DNA of 64,000 bases. It comes from Felis catus. Lineage: Eukaryota. The position numbers and the translations under genes were made by a program. The notes under the pieces were generated by a model. That model was given only the letters and a program-made list of their open reading frames with translations. It was not told the DNA's origin and did not search any database. Location of the stretch: NCBI RefSeq assembly GCF_018350175.1, contig NC_058369.1, positions 26,228,001-26,292,000 on the forward strand, in the 5' to 3' direction. This document shows, one piece after another, positions 26,929 through 39,789 of this stretch (position 1 is its first letter; every line of letters begins with the position of its first letter).

Positions 26929-28214
26929 GGGTGTGTGTGTGCACGCGCGCAACGGAGTATCAATCGCTCAGCCATCAAAAAGAATGAGATTTTGCCATTT
27001 GTGACAACGTAGATGGACCTAGAAGGTAGTATGCTAGGTGAAGTAAGTCAGACAGAGAAAGAGAAATACCATGTGATTTCACTTATGTGAGCAATCTAAA
27101 AAACAAAACAAACGAACAAATGGAAAACAGAAACAATCATAAATACAGAAAACAAACTGGTATCTGCCCAAGGGGAAGTGGGGGGGGGGATGGGTAAAAT
27201 AGGTGAAGGGGATTAAGATGTGCAACATTCCGGTTACAAAATAAATATAGAGATGAAAAGTACAACACAGGGAATATAGTCAAGAATACTATAAAAGCAG
27301 TATAATGTTATGTGGTGTTGTGTGGTGACAGATGGCAGGCATTGAGTAACGGATCAAACTGTCCAAGCACTATATTGTTCACGTGAAACTAATAAAACAC
27401 TATAAGTTTTTAAAAAGATCACTTAATTAATAAATGAATGAGCTGGGATATGAATGATTGAATGAATGAATGAATGAACAAACGAACGAACCAACTAACT
27501 CATCTTATGGTGCCAGGGTTTAGAATTTTGACATATGCTTGCTCTGTCATAAGAGCTTTTAAGCTAGCCAATGTTATTTTTAATGTTTTGAATAGGCAGT
27601 GCATTCATTGAAAAAAGAAAGTAGTGAAAGTCTCCCTCCTGGCCCTGTTCTCTTTCCACCTACTTCTCACTATAATCCCACCTCCACTCCAGATACTCAT
27701 CTTGATAGTGTCTTGTGTATGCTCTCTTGCTTTGTGTATGTAGATGCAAGTAAATATGCATGTATATCCTCATCCCCTTTGTCCTTTATTTTATACCAAG
27801 GGTTAGTTACCACCGATCAGCTTAGGCTGTTTGCTTTCTGCAAGACTTGGCTACCTCTCTGGTGCAAAGTATACCACAAAGTGAATCTCTGATTGAATTA
27901 ATTATCTTTCATCTCGGCGAGATTCTTCATGCAGAGAGTTACATTTGTTTGATGGTAATTCCATACTGAAATCAAATTCGGGCCAAACTCCAGCACTGCC
28001 AAGTCTTACATAACCAACAGAACCTGAGCTTCCAACCAACTGCCATATGCTGTGAGGAATAAAACCAGAGGACCGATGCAGATGGTTCTTAACAGTCACG
28101 TTCTCACTCTCAAAATCTCTAGGGGGAAGAAACCAACTTATATATATAAAATATATATGTTAATATATATTTTTAAATATACATATTTTAATACATGTGT
28201 ATGTATGTATGTTT

Positions 28215-29296
28215 GGGGTAGAGGGATATGACCCTTATTGAGCTTATCCACCAGAGTGGAAATAATGTCTGTATAAAACAAAATGTTTGTTACTATGACT
28301 TCTACATCACAATTAAAATCCAGTCAACTCTAGGGATGCCTGGGTGGCTCAGTCAGTTAAGCATCTAACTTCGGCTCAGGTCATGATCTTGGCGGTTCAT
28401 GAATTTGAGCCCCGCGTCGGGCTCTGTGCAGACAGCGCAGAGCCTGGAGCCTACTTTGGATTCTGTGTCTCCCTCTCTCTCTGCCCCTTCTCCGCTTGTG
28501 CTCTGTCTCTCTCTCTGTCTCTCTCTCTCTCTCTCTCAAAAATAAACATTAAAAAATTTTTTAAATAAAATCCAGTCAACTCTATCAAAATACTTTAGAA
28601 TCAATAGCTTCTCTGAAGCCACAGTAACACTTAAATAAGGTTAAGACTCAAAAGCAGAAATTTGGTTGGTTGGAAAGCTAATTAAACTTCCTACTTGCTG
28701 AAATAGAATTACAAAAGAACAGAATCGTGTTTTTCACAGAGACAGAGTCCACTGGACTCACCAATGCTGGACAGCTGTCAAGAGTGTTTAGTTCTGAGAT
28801 CATAAGGAATCCAGGCATCCTTGGACAAGTATTCTGTTGCCTTTTCTTCCCAATCAGAGATTTGTGGATGTGACCCCACCACCAGCAATTGTAGCCTTAA
28901 GGAGCGAGTCTAATTCTTCATCTCCACAAATAGCAAGTTGCAAGTGATGAGTGGTAATATGCTTTACCTTCAAGTCTTTTGATCATTTCCTGCCAGTCAG
29001 AGCCCCTCTGCGGTGACGTACTTACTCCAGGATGGCTGCATTGTACATGGTGCAGCTGTGCCCACACGTCCATGGCTGTTCGTCCTAGATTTCAGGCGTC
29101 CATGAGTATGACCCACCAGGAACTGCAAGCCAGCTGTCTACGAGAGGAACCTGCCTTTGTCTTGACCTTACTGGAGTTCTTCCCAACCTTGCCACCAGCT
29201 ACTTCGAATTCAGCTGTCGCTCAAGCAAGCAAGGCAAAGAAAGGCCAATCAGACACCTAGAAAGATCTCACCACCTACTCCTTCGTCATACCGCCA
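28215..29296 (-). pseudogene. processed pseudogene of histone H2A.Z.1 (H2AZ1/H2AFZ), full length with both UTRs, interrupted by a SINE
   Basis: The minus strand reads 5'UTR ...cttgcttgcttgagc...gaattcgaa. Then comes a decayed intronless ORF (29202 to ~28822): (V)AGGKVGKNSSKVKTKA...LKSRTNSHGRVG...[35 protein letters not shown]...HKSLIGKK. The H2AZ1 3'UTR follows, ending at aataag-ggtcatatccc. The start codon is lost (GTA), with frameshifts and a stop. Confidence 0.93.
28333..28565 (+). mobile_element. SINEC_Fc inserted in the 3'UTR of the H2A.Z.1 retrocopy
   Basis: Perfect 19-nt TSD taaaatccagtcaactcta at 28314-28332 and 28566-28584. Confidence 0.95.
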
Positions 29297-29574
29297 TTTA
29301 AAATGCCAAAAAGATATATATATCAACAAGAGGTTATTATATATCATGCCTCTTCAGAAAACACTCTCTTACTCTTTTTTCTCCTCCTAGTTAGAGGTTA
29401 TTAGAAAATTACATACAAGAATATTCATTTAAGGTGCTTCCTGGAATGGTTTCACTCAGTGTTCCCTGAGGGTGGGGGACCCCAGGGACATATGGGGAAG
29501 AGGGCATGTGCCCCTTCCAAAACCACTTCTCTGGAGCTTGCTGGTTTTGTTTCACCTTTATGTTTCCTCCCCAG

Positions 29575-29731
29575 GTACTGGCGGAGAACGTTGGGCATGC
29601 AGGTCTGCTACGTTTACCATGAAGATTATCAGTTCTGTTATTCCTTCCGGGGCAGGCCGGGGCACAAACCTTCCATCCTCATGCTCCATGGATTCTCTGC
29701 ACATAAGGATATGTGGCTCAGTGTGGTCAAG
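29575..29731 (+). CDS. ABHD6: ABHD6 coding exon 2
   Basis: tttcctccccag|G then YWRRTLGMQVCYVYHEDYQFCYSFRGRPGHKPSILMLHGFSAHKDMWLSVVK, donor |gtgcag. Contains the HGF oxyanion motif. Confidence 0.97.
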
Positions 29732-29872
29732 GTGCAGTTCTAGATTCTTCTCTCTCAAGAGGGGGTCACTCAAAGAAAAGGGTGTCCACTTGCATGTGAT
29801 GTCATCAGCAATGATGGAAAGCAAAGGGAACCCAGAACCGTGGCTCAAATCATCTTAAAACTAATTCAGTAT

Positions 29873-30209
29873 CCACGTAACCCTTGAGCAACATGGGGGT
29901 TAAGGGAGCCCACCTACCATGCAGTCAAGAATTCATGTATAACTTTTTTGCTCCCCCAAAACTTAACTACAAATAACCTACTGTTGACCAGAAGCCTTTA
30001 CCAATAACATAGATGGTTGATTAATACATATTTTGTATGTTATATATATTATATACTGTATTCTTACAATAAAGTAAGCTAGAGAAAAGAAAATGTTATT
30101 AAGAAAATGATAAGGAAGAAAAAATACATTTACTATACTGTATCGAAAAAAATCCATGTATAAATGGATCTGCACAGTTCAAACCTGTGTTGTTTGAGGG
30201 TCAACTGTA
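29873..30209. mobile_element. Tigger2-type non-autonomous DNA transposon
   Basis: Terminal inverted repeats acccttgagcaacatggg and cctgtgttgtttgagggtcaactg followed by TA. Confidence 0.8.
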
Positions 30210-32157
30210 TTATTCAGATCCTTTTCTCAGAAAAAATTTACTGAGTTGAATGTTATTTGTAAAATCTGTACCCTAGAAATACTTTCATCTCATGAATATT
30301 TCTTAAGGTTTCTGACACTCACCTTCCTCTCAGAATTTGTCATGATTATCAAGATCAGGTTAACAAAATCATTTATTCTTTTTCAATGTTTATTTATTTT
30401 TGAGAGAGAGAGACAGAGTGCAAGTGGGGGTGGGGCAGAGAGAGAGGGAGACACAAAATCCAAAGCAGGCTCCAGGCTCTGAACTGTCAGCACAGAGCCA
30501 GGCGTGGGGCTCAAATTCACCAACTGCGAGATCATGACCTGAGCCGAAGTCGGATGCCTAACCGACTTAGCCACCCAGTTGCCTCAAAATCATTTATTCT
30601 TTTATACTCCAAGTATCTCCTCCTCCTTCCCCTCATTCTCCCTTTTGTTCTTCTTCTCTTTCTCCCTTGCCCTTCCTCCCTTCCTTCTACTTTCGTTTTT
30701 GTTTTTGTTTTTAATTTTCCTGAGTCATTTAGAGAAACCATCTTTATCTAGCAGCTTCCTGAGATTGGTTTTCCACATTGCTCACCTTCTGTCCTGGTTT
30801 CCTTGGGTGTGGCAACTTGCATTATTGGTCAGAGGGACCAGGTGGTGCAGGTGGAGGCTGGGAGAGACTCCCACCTCAAGCAGAACTATACCTGAATGAT
30901 TCCAAGTATGATCTACACGAGGGGGAAAGAGCTCACACATCCTGTAGTTCCTTGTGTTCTCATCCCCAGATTCCACTGGAAGGACAGGCATCCCCATGCC
31001 TTAATGAACCTCTCGCTTCCTGCCCCAACTCAGATGTTTGTTTGTTTGTTTGTTTGTTTGTTTATTTATTTATTTATTTATTTATTTTTGAGAGAATGAG
31101 GAATAAGCACACAAGAGAGAGAAGGGCAGAGAGAGAGAGGGGGAGAGGGAGAATCCCAAGCAGGCTTTGCACTGTCAGTGCAGAGCTCCATGTGGGGCTC
31201 AAACCCTTGAACTGTGAGATCATGACCTGACCTGAAATCAAGAGTCAGGTGCTTAACCGACTGAGCCATCCAGATGCCCCTCAGATGTTTTTTATGTAAC
31301 TGGATATTTGTTTATTGGTAACTGATGTTTCTCAGTTTCCTGGTTCAAAGTGGCACAAATGTAAGTGGAAGGTATTTTAGGATAATAATCATCCCAGGAT
31401 TTAGACATTAATGCAAAAAACAAAAAACAAAAAAAGTTGAAACCAGAGGTAGGGTGATCAGACAGTCATGGTTCTTAGAGAAAGCTTTGCTTTTGTTGGC
31501 TCTGGGGCTGCTCCAGTTGGCTGTGTTCTGGGAGAACAGAGGCTTATTTTTTAGTTCCAAGTCAGTGGCTGCATAACTGAGTAAGTGTGAAAGGGGTGAG
31601 GGAAAGGAGAAGGAGATAGTAGATGCCGATCGGCATCGAGAAACAATGAGAGGGGCGCCTGGGTGGCTCAGTCGGTTAAGCGTCTAACTTCAGCTCAGGT
31701 CATGATCTCGAGGTCCGTGAGTTCGAGCCCCGCGTCAGGCTCTGTGCTGGCAGCTCAGAGCCTGGAGCCTGTTTCGGATTCTGTGTCTCCCTCTCTCTCT
31801 GATCCTCCCCCATTCATGCTCTGTCTCTCTCTGTCTCAAAAATAAACGTTTAAAAAAAATTAAAAAAAAAAAAGAAAAGAAATTCCAGCTTACTACCTTA
31901 ACCTTTGTCCCCCTTCTCCAGACATCTCCTAAGTCCCCTCCCATCTGTATATTGATCTTTTGGGGCCTCTGCTCCCTATGAGGTTACTGGCAGTACTTGT
32001 ATCAGATGTTACTGGGGTAAGACACTGGGTGGCGTAGGCCCATCATCCTCAGGGATGGCTGTCAGGTCACTTGGTAAGTGGGGGCAACCTCCCTAGAAGA
32101 GTGGGCAGACATGACCTACACACCACATACTGATTCTCTGCACCCGTGTGTCCTCAG

Positions 32158-32271
32158 TTCCTTCCAAAGAACCTGCACTTGGTCTGCGTGGACATGCCGG
32201 GACATGAGGGCACCACCCGGTCCTCCCTGGATGACCTGTCCATAGATGGTCAAGTAAAGAGGATACACCAG
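32158..32271 (+). CDS. ABHD6: ABHD6 coding exon 3
   Basis: tcctcag|FLPKNLHLVCVDMPGHEGTTRSSLDDLSIDGQVKRIHQ|gtaagc. Confidence 0.97.
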
Positions 32272-33712
32272 GTAAGCCGGAAGCTCTACCAAAATTGCTT
32301 AGACTGGGCCTTCCCCACCTCACATGCCCAAGCCTGGAGAGCAGGTAAGAGAGTTCCATGCTGACTTGTAACCAGTCTCTAATCCATTCTGTCTGCAAAT
32401 ATTTACAAACAAAATGGCACCCAAATGGTATCATTGGTCAGCTGTGGAGGGCCAGGACCTATTGCATATTGTTCTCCTTTAAGCCTGTTTTAGTTGTTTC
32501 TCAAGAAATATGGTATGGACATTTTTTTTAGCTCTTGAAAAAGGAGTTTATAATTCTCAAGATCATTTCCCTAGAGTCTGTTTTTTTGCTTACCACCTAC
32601 ATGACACAATATCATGCTAGCCCCTCTGCCTAGTTGTGGAGGATGGGGAGGGTGCTCTTTGCATTTTGTTCTATTTTAGCATCTAGCTTCAGCCTCCCTC
32701 TGGCTGAGCTTTCAAAATCATGAGTCTCATGAACCAGTTCAGAATTTAATAGTCTGTAAGTTTCAGATTAACAGTACATATTTTCCCCAGATGAGGATTT
32801 TTTTTTTTAATGTTTATTTATTTTTGAGAGAGAAAGTGAATGTGAACAGGGGCAGGGCAGAGAGAGAGGGAGACACAGAATATGAAGCAGGCTCCAGTCT
32901 CCAAGCTGTCAGCACAGAGCCCACTGCGGGGCTCAAATCACAAACTGTGAGATCATGACCTGAACTGAAGTTGGCGCTAACCGACTGAGCCCCCCAGGTA
33001 CCCCGAGGATGTTTATTTAATGTCTGTACCCACCCCACCCCCCTTTAGATTGTGTATTCTGATGAGGTCAGGAACCTTATCTTTTGGGGTCTTTGATGTA
33101 TCCTCAGGAGCTGACCATAGTTCCTCGTACATAATAGATATCCAATAAATATTTTTGAGATGTGTGGATGGTTGGTTGAATGGTTGGATGGTTGAATAGA
33201 CAGGTTGGTTGTCATATGAATGGATGGTTAGATGGATGGAAAGGGCTTTAAATTAGGGCAAGAGTCTTCAAACTGTGGTTGGCCTGCCACCTATTTTTGT
33301 AAGCTAAGTTTTCTTGGAATACAGCCCTGCTCATTCATTTACGTATTATCTCTGGCTGCTTTTGGCTACAACAGTAGAGTTGAGTAGCTGCAACAGAGAA
33401 CATATGACCCACAAAGCAGATAATATTTTCTCTTGGGACTTTTATAAAAAAGTTTGCTGGCTCATGAATTAGGAGAATTCTTGTTGGTTTTATGCTTATA
33501 AATGACCCTTCAACCACCTGTGTCAGGTAAAGAGTATTATATGCCATAAGGCTTGTCTGAATAATGGATCCAGTAGATTTCAGACCTCCTTTCACTAATA
33601 GACCTTGTCAGCTGTCCTCACAGGAGGAGGTACAGTGGTTTTCTGCTATGTAATCACTATTGTTGTTGACTACAGCTATATAACCAAGCCTCCTTCTCTT
33701 TTCTCTTCCTAG

Positions 33713-33845
33713 TTTGTAGAATGCCTCAAGCTGAACAAAAAACCCTTCCACCTGATAGGTACCTCCATGGGTGGCCACGTGGCTGGGGTATATGCTGCTT
33801 ACTACCCTTCAGATGTCTGCAGTCTAAGTCTTGTATGCCCTGCTG
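33713..33845 (+). CDS. ABHD6: ABHD6 coding exon 4 (nucleophile elbow GTSMG, Ser148 at 33764-33766)
   Basis: ttctcttcctag|FVECLKLNKKPFHLIGTSMGGHVAGVYAAYYPSDVCSLSLVCPA(G)|gtgagt. Not shown in the ORF track. Confidence 0.97.
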
Positions 33846-34038
33846 GTGAGTTACAAGGCTAAAATAACCCCATGTGTGACTTGAGCACAGCAGGGTCTGA
33901 ATCTCTAGGGAGCAGATGGCAGTGTCTGCTATGGCTGTCTTTTAGAATCATTTTTTTCAACGTCTACTTTAGAGATATACAGTGCTTTAAAGATAACTAA
34001 CCAAACAGTAGTTGTATAACCATAATCGTAACCATGCT

Positions 34039-34602
34039 TTTTTTTTAGATTTTTTTTTTATTAACTTGTTTATTTTTTATTTTTTTAAATTTACATCCCA
34101 ATTAGTTAGCATATAGTGCAACAATGATTTCAGGAGTAGATTCCTTAATGCCCCTTACCCATTTATCCCATGCCCCCTCCCACAACCCCTCCCCTTAACC
34201 CTCCGTTTGTTCTCCATATTTATGAGTCTCTTCAATTTTGTCCCCCTCCGTTTTTATATTATTTTTGTTTCTGTTCCCTTATGTTCATCTGTTTTGTCTC
34301 TTAAAGTCCTCATATGAGTGAAGTCATACGATTTTTGTCTTTCTCTGACTAATTTCACTTAGCATAATATCCTCCAGTTCCGTCCACGTAGTTGCAAATG
34401 GCAAGATTTCATTCTTTTTGATTGCCGAGTAATACTCCATTGCATATATATACCACATCTTCTTTATCCATTCATCCATCGATGGTCCTTTGGGCTCTTT
34501 CCATACTTTGGCTATTGTTGATAGTGCTGCTATAAACATGGGGGTGCATGTGTCCCTTCGAAATAGCATACCTGTATCCCTTGGATAAATTGCTGGGTCG
34601 TA
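34039..34602 (-). mobile_element. 5'-truncated carnivore/felid L1 (ORF2 C-terminus and 3'UTR)
   Basis: Minus-strand ORF with CTPMFIAALSTIAKVWKEPK...WIKKMWYIY.MEYYSAIKKNE. Poly-T on the left and possible TSD catgct at 34033 and 34603. Confidence 0.92.
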
Positions 34603-36579
34603 CATGCTAACGTTTAAAATGTAGAGCCAGCCTTTTTCCACAAAGAATTCAAGGTGGTTAATTAAAATGTGTATAGTACTTTGCAGCACTTAAATACAGT
34701 ACTTTGAAATATAACAATAATATTAATATCCAACATTTATTGAGCTCTTAAGAGCTAAGTTCCCTATATGGATTTAATTCTTGTCATATCCTTATGAGGT
34801 GAAAGTGCTGTTCTCAAGCTTCTCCTTTTTTGATGAAAACTTAGAAATCCTGATACATAACAAGATATTTTTTTAAAACATCAACAAACAGGGGTGCCTG
34901 GATGGCTCAGTCAGTTGAGTATCTGACTCTTGATTTTGGCTCAGGTCATGATCTTAGGGTCATGGGATCAAGCCCTGTGTCAGGCTCTGTGCTGAGCATG
35001 GAGCCTGCTTGAGATTCCCTCTGTCACTCTGCCCTTCCCCTGCTCATGGGCACGCATGTGTGCTCTCTCTCTAAAATAAAAAAAATAATAAGCCTTATTT
35101 TTTGTTTTTCAATCAATGTATATATGCATATGTCAACTTGAGCTGTAATATGTCCCCAGAAATTACATTCTAAAGTTGGATTTTTTAAAGATTTTAGTTA
35201 AAAAAAGACTTTATTTTTTTAAGTAATTTCTACACCCAACATGGGGCTTGAGCTTACAACTGCAAGATCAAGGGTTACATGCTCCACCAACTGAGTCAGC
35301 CAGGCGCCCCTGAAGTTGGATTTTTAAAATTCATTTTTCTTATATGTCTTCAAACTTGGATTTGTAATGTGTTAGAGAAAAAAAATCTTAATTTTTCTTT
35401 CTTTTTCCTTCTGCTCCCTCCCCCCATCTCTCTGGTACTTTCTTGGAGTATGATTTACACATAGTAAATCACCCAAATTTTAAGTGTACATCTCAATGAC
35501 TTTTTACATGTGCATTTACTATCCAGATCAAGATAGTATTATAGGTGGGAACACTGAGGCACAAAGAAATTATGTTAATGCTGGAGGCAGGATAAGAAGA
35601 GATCCTAGGATGTCTGACTCTAGAGCCCAAACTGTGGCTTCTTTGGATATCCTTTAACATCCACTACTTTTATGTGACTCTTACCTACTACTTCCTTTAT
35701 CTGCTAGAACCCACCATGAGTTGAACCTTCTACTGAAACCTAACTAAATTGACCTTTAAAATATTTTAGTTATCAAAGTCATTTTCAGGTCTGTTGAGGA
35801 CATTAAAATTGAAGGTAAACTCCCAAAGTGTTTTCTTTTCTCTTTTTCCCAAGCACCATGTCTGAAATCATTTGGGCTTTTAATAACAAAGTTTGAGAAC
35901 TGGAAAAACAGCTCCTTATTAGGAGTTATTAGATTTTTGATTGCTTGTGGAAGATCAGATCTAACTGGCTTTTTTGAATGTATGACTCAGAGAAGAGTTT
36001 GACACCTGAGTTTCAATTGGAAATTTAAAATTAAGATTGTGTGTGAAAATGAAAAGATAAACTTGTTTTTAATTTGAAATAATTACATTTTTTTAAAGTT
36101 TTTTAAGTTTATTTTGAGAGAGAAATAGAGAGCAAGCAGGGGAGGGGCAGAAAGATGGAAACATAATCCCAAGCAGGCTCCATGCTGTCAACACAGAGCC
36201 TGATACAGGGCTCAAATTCACAAACTGTGAGATCATGACCTGAGCCAAACTCAGGAGTCAGATGCTTAACCAGCTGAGCCACCCAGGTGCTCCCTGCTTT
36301 GAAATCATTTTAAATTTACAGAAATGTTGCAAAGATAGTACAGAGAGTCCCATATACCCTTTACCCAGCTTCCCCCATTGTTAACGGCTCACATTACCAC
36401 AGTAAATTTGTCACAGCTAAGAAACCAACACTGGTACAGTACTATTAACTAAACTCTAGGTTTTATTTGGATCTCATTAGTTTTTCCACTAATGTCCTTT
36501 TTCTGTTCCAGGATCCGATCCAGGATACCACATGACATTTAATCTAGGATTATTTTTAAAGTAAAAGGAAATAGATCGT

Positions 36580-37110
36580 GTAATCTGCCCCATGGCATCG
36601 CAAAAGCCACATGATGCCCATGCTAGCTTTAAAGGAATTGCTGAATATAGGAGATTTATAAAGTGTGGATTTCTGCAGCACAGTATTGATGTCACTGCCT
36701 TTCTTTCTGAAATGTAGCTTGTCAGCTAAGTTAAACATCTAGACATTTGCTCAGTGTTGGAAGTGAAAATTAGTTTTGCCCTCCTGTGCATATCAGCTCA
36801 TGTGAATTTTCTTGTGTCTTGCTCCAGGGAGATAGGAAATGATGGTCAGTCTCAAGGCCGTTCAGTCTCAGTGAACACCTAATGATCTGGACAAGGAGGG
36901 ACTGTGTGGAGGGCAACATGGCAGACAGCTCAGAAGGGGTCTCTCTTTCACTGTGTATACGTATTGACCCTAAAAAAGAGATTACTAAGTGGGTCCAGGC
37001 CAAAGGAAGGAGTTGTCAGTCATTCCAGGCCTGTGTTTTCTTTCCTTCATGTATTTTACCAGCCTTCCCCTTAATGATATGAATGTGCAGGGGCTCAGGC
37101 AAGTTGTCTT
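36580..37110 (+). mobile_element. possible ancient CR1/L3 LINE reverse-transcriptase remnant
   Basis: Degenerate motifs in CR1 order: HGIAK..*C (compare QHGFTK..SC), then D...VDFC (compare DV.YLDFSKAFD), later PV.F (compare PVLFNIF). Highly diverged. Confidence 0.4.
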
Positions 37111-37483
37111 ATCAACTAATGCTTCTTAAACTCTATCATACATATGCCTCCCCAGCATCTTGTTAAAGTGCACATTCTGATTCAAGAGTCTTAGGAGAAG
37201 GGCTGAGATTCCGCATTTCTTATGGGCTTCCAGTGCTGCTGGTCCATGGACCACAGTTTGAGTAACCAGTCACTAAAATATCCTGAAGGATTTTTTTTTT
37301 TAATGTGTTTCTCAGAGTGTGGTTTTGACCTTGAGCAAGGATGGCAGTACTGATGAAAAAGAAATTTGGTGAAAAACACCTGAAATATATTAGCTCTGGG
37401 CCAATATTGGAGGTTTCCTTCTAAAATGAGAGTTAGTAAGAAGGAAGATACATTGCCAAGCTGTTTTGGTTTGAATCCCACAG

Positions 37484-37641
37484 GCCTGCAGTACTCAACT
37501 GATAATCAATTTATACAGCGGCTCAAAGAACTGCAGGACTCGGCCGCCATGGAGAAGATCCCCTTGATCCCATCCACTCCAGAAGAGATGAGTGAAATGC
37601 TCCAGCTCTGCTCCTACGTCCGCTTCAAGGTGCCCCAGCAG
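37484..37641 (+). CDS. ABHD6: ABHD6 coding exon 5
   Basis: cccacag|(G)LQYSTDNQFIQRLKELQDSAAMEKIPLIPSTPEEMSEMLQLCSYVRFKVPQQ|gtaatg. Confidence 0.97.
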
Positions 37642-39789
37642 GTAATGTGATCTCAGCAGCAGTCTGCCTGCCCTCTGCCAGAGGCTTGGGCGTCCAGGGC
37701 TGGCTTCCTTCACACAGTTCTTGCATCTCGTACTCATCTATTTAGTCACTCAGCACATGTCTGTACTGTGCCTGTGACATGTCAGGCACTGTGTTTGGGC
37801 ACAATGATGAAGAAATAAGACCGAGAAGGCACCTGTGCAGACACTGGCCTGGAGGGGGGTGGCGGGGAGACAGGCAACTAACAAGTAAACAAATACAAAC
37901 TGTGGTAAGTTCTATCGAGGAAATGAAGCTGGTGTATAGTGATTGAAAGCAGGGAGGCAGTGGAGACTTTGATAAACCTCTTTAAGGAAATAGCGTAGGC
38001 AGAGATGGGGAAAACATAGGTAAGTTTAAGGCACTGGAAGGAGGCTTGGGTGAATGGGGCCCAGAGGGAGAGGGAGGGAGAACAGAGATTTCTTCTTCTT
38101 TTTCTTCTTTTTCTTTTTCCTTTTCCTTTTTCTTTTTCTTTTTCTTTTTCTTTTTCTTTTCTTTCCTTTTTTTTTTTTTTTAAATTTCAGGACTGCTTTA
38201 CACTCTTAAGAATTAGTAAGAACCCCCCAAAGAGCTTTTGTTTATGGAGGTTCTGACTATTGACATTTACCATATCAGAAAGTAAAACTCAGAAAATGCA
38301 AAACACGAGAACATACCTACAGGCACTCGTAATCAGTATGATGACACTATCCCTCGACAAGTAGGTTCTGAGAAGCACAATGCTTTTGAGAGAATGAAAT
38401 TGAAGAGAGCAAGTAATATTTAGCATTACAATGGAAATAGTTTGACCTCTTGGACTAGCAGAAACCGCTTTGAGAACCACTGGGCTAGATCACCTAGGAC
38501 CCAACAGGTGATGGGAAGGAGCCTGGAGTTCTAGGAAGGACTGTGGGGTGCTCAAACAGAAACAAAGAACCATTGGGGTCCTCCTGTGACCTGGGAGGTG
38601 ACAGTGGTGTAGACGAAGGCAGTGGCAGTGGAGACTAGAGACCTGAGATGCTTTGGAGGAAGGACAGACAGCACTTATGGCAAATTGCAAGTGGAGGATG
38701 TGGGACAGTGAGGAGTCACAAGTGATTTCTGGTACTTGAGTTGGATAAAGGCAGCATTTTCTGAGTAGGGGAAGGAGAGAGGGAGGGCGGGTCTTGGGGA
38801 CAGGCTCCAATTTGGACTTATTCAAGCTGTCTGTAAGGGCTCCAGGTGTAGATGTCAAGCAGTCAGTTGGAGGTGCAGATTGGATATACAGGTAGAGCTG
38901 AGGGACTGGTTAGAGCCATCAGCAGCATGTTGTGGCAGGTCATGGTCTGAATGAAGCTGTGAATCTGGGGAAGGGGTGTGGGAACCAAGAGATAAGAATG
39001 CATGGTTCAGTCTCATAACTGCAACTAATCTTTTTCTAGTGTAGGAACTGGACTCTGCCTTGGGGTGGGGCCTCCTAGGAGTTGAGGGAACGGACTCTGT
39101 TCAGATGGTGTGAACATGACTCAGTTAAGGGGTGTAGAAGCACCCAGAGTCTGCTTCTGGGGTATGTTCTATCCCTGATATCCTTTTTTTAGTTGTGAGC
39201 TTGCATTGATCCCCTCCCAGCTGTGATCTCTTCCCAGTCTAGAGTAGTCAAACAGCGCTTTAGGAAATTCCGTGTTTTGGGGTGCCTGCACTGCTCAGTC
39301 AGTTGAGCATCCGACTTCAGCTCAGGTCATGATCTCGCAGATCATTGGGCTTGCTGCTGTCAGCAAAGAGCCCACTTTGCATACTCTGTCCCCCTCTCTC
39401 TGCTCCTCCCCCACTTGTTTTTTTTTCTCTCTCTCAGAAATAAATAAACGTTAAAAAAAAAAGCAAATTCCACATTTTGAGTTGTCAGGGATATGAAAAC
39501 ACTAGGAGAAAGTAAGCGGCAGCTCTAAAAGTCTTCCCTTCTAGGAGACAAGGAGCATCAGGCACTCTGCCTTCTGTGTCATGTTGTTATGTTTGTCTAT
39601 TTACTTGCCTGTGTTTTCCACTCTAACCTCAGCAAAATCAAGAATTTTGTTTTAACTGGCTGTTTTATCAGCCCCCCCCCCCCCCCCCCCCCGCCCGCAG
39701 CCTTTAGCACAGTGCTTGCATCAAATAGGTCCTGGGTATAGATTGGGTGGGCCAGAGGACGGGAAGATGCCCGGACAATGCAGAGATGG

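Larger units (their letters stand above)
19880..27410 (+). mobile_element. cluster of old L1M fragments (ORF2 and several 3' ends) with nested SINEs, MLT LTRs and microsatellites
   Basis: RT motif LFADDM at 19941-19958. L1 3' motifs ccatatgatccagcaatt at ~24740 and ~26240, and L1MA-like tails at ~26790 and ~27410. Confidence 0.85.

Noticed and set aside
28822..29202. Functional H2A.Z retrogene
   Set aside because: ATG is replaced by GTA, with several frameshifts, an in-frame stop at GAG-TAA and a deletion in the GVIPHI segment.
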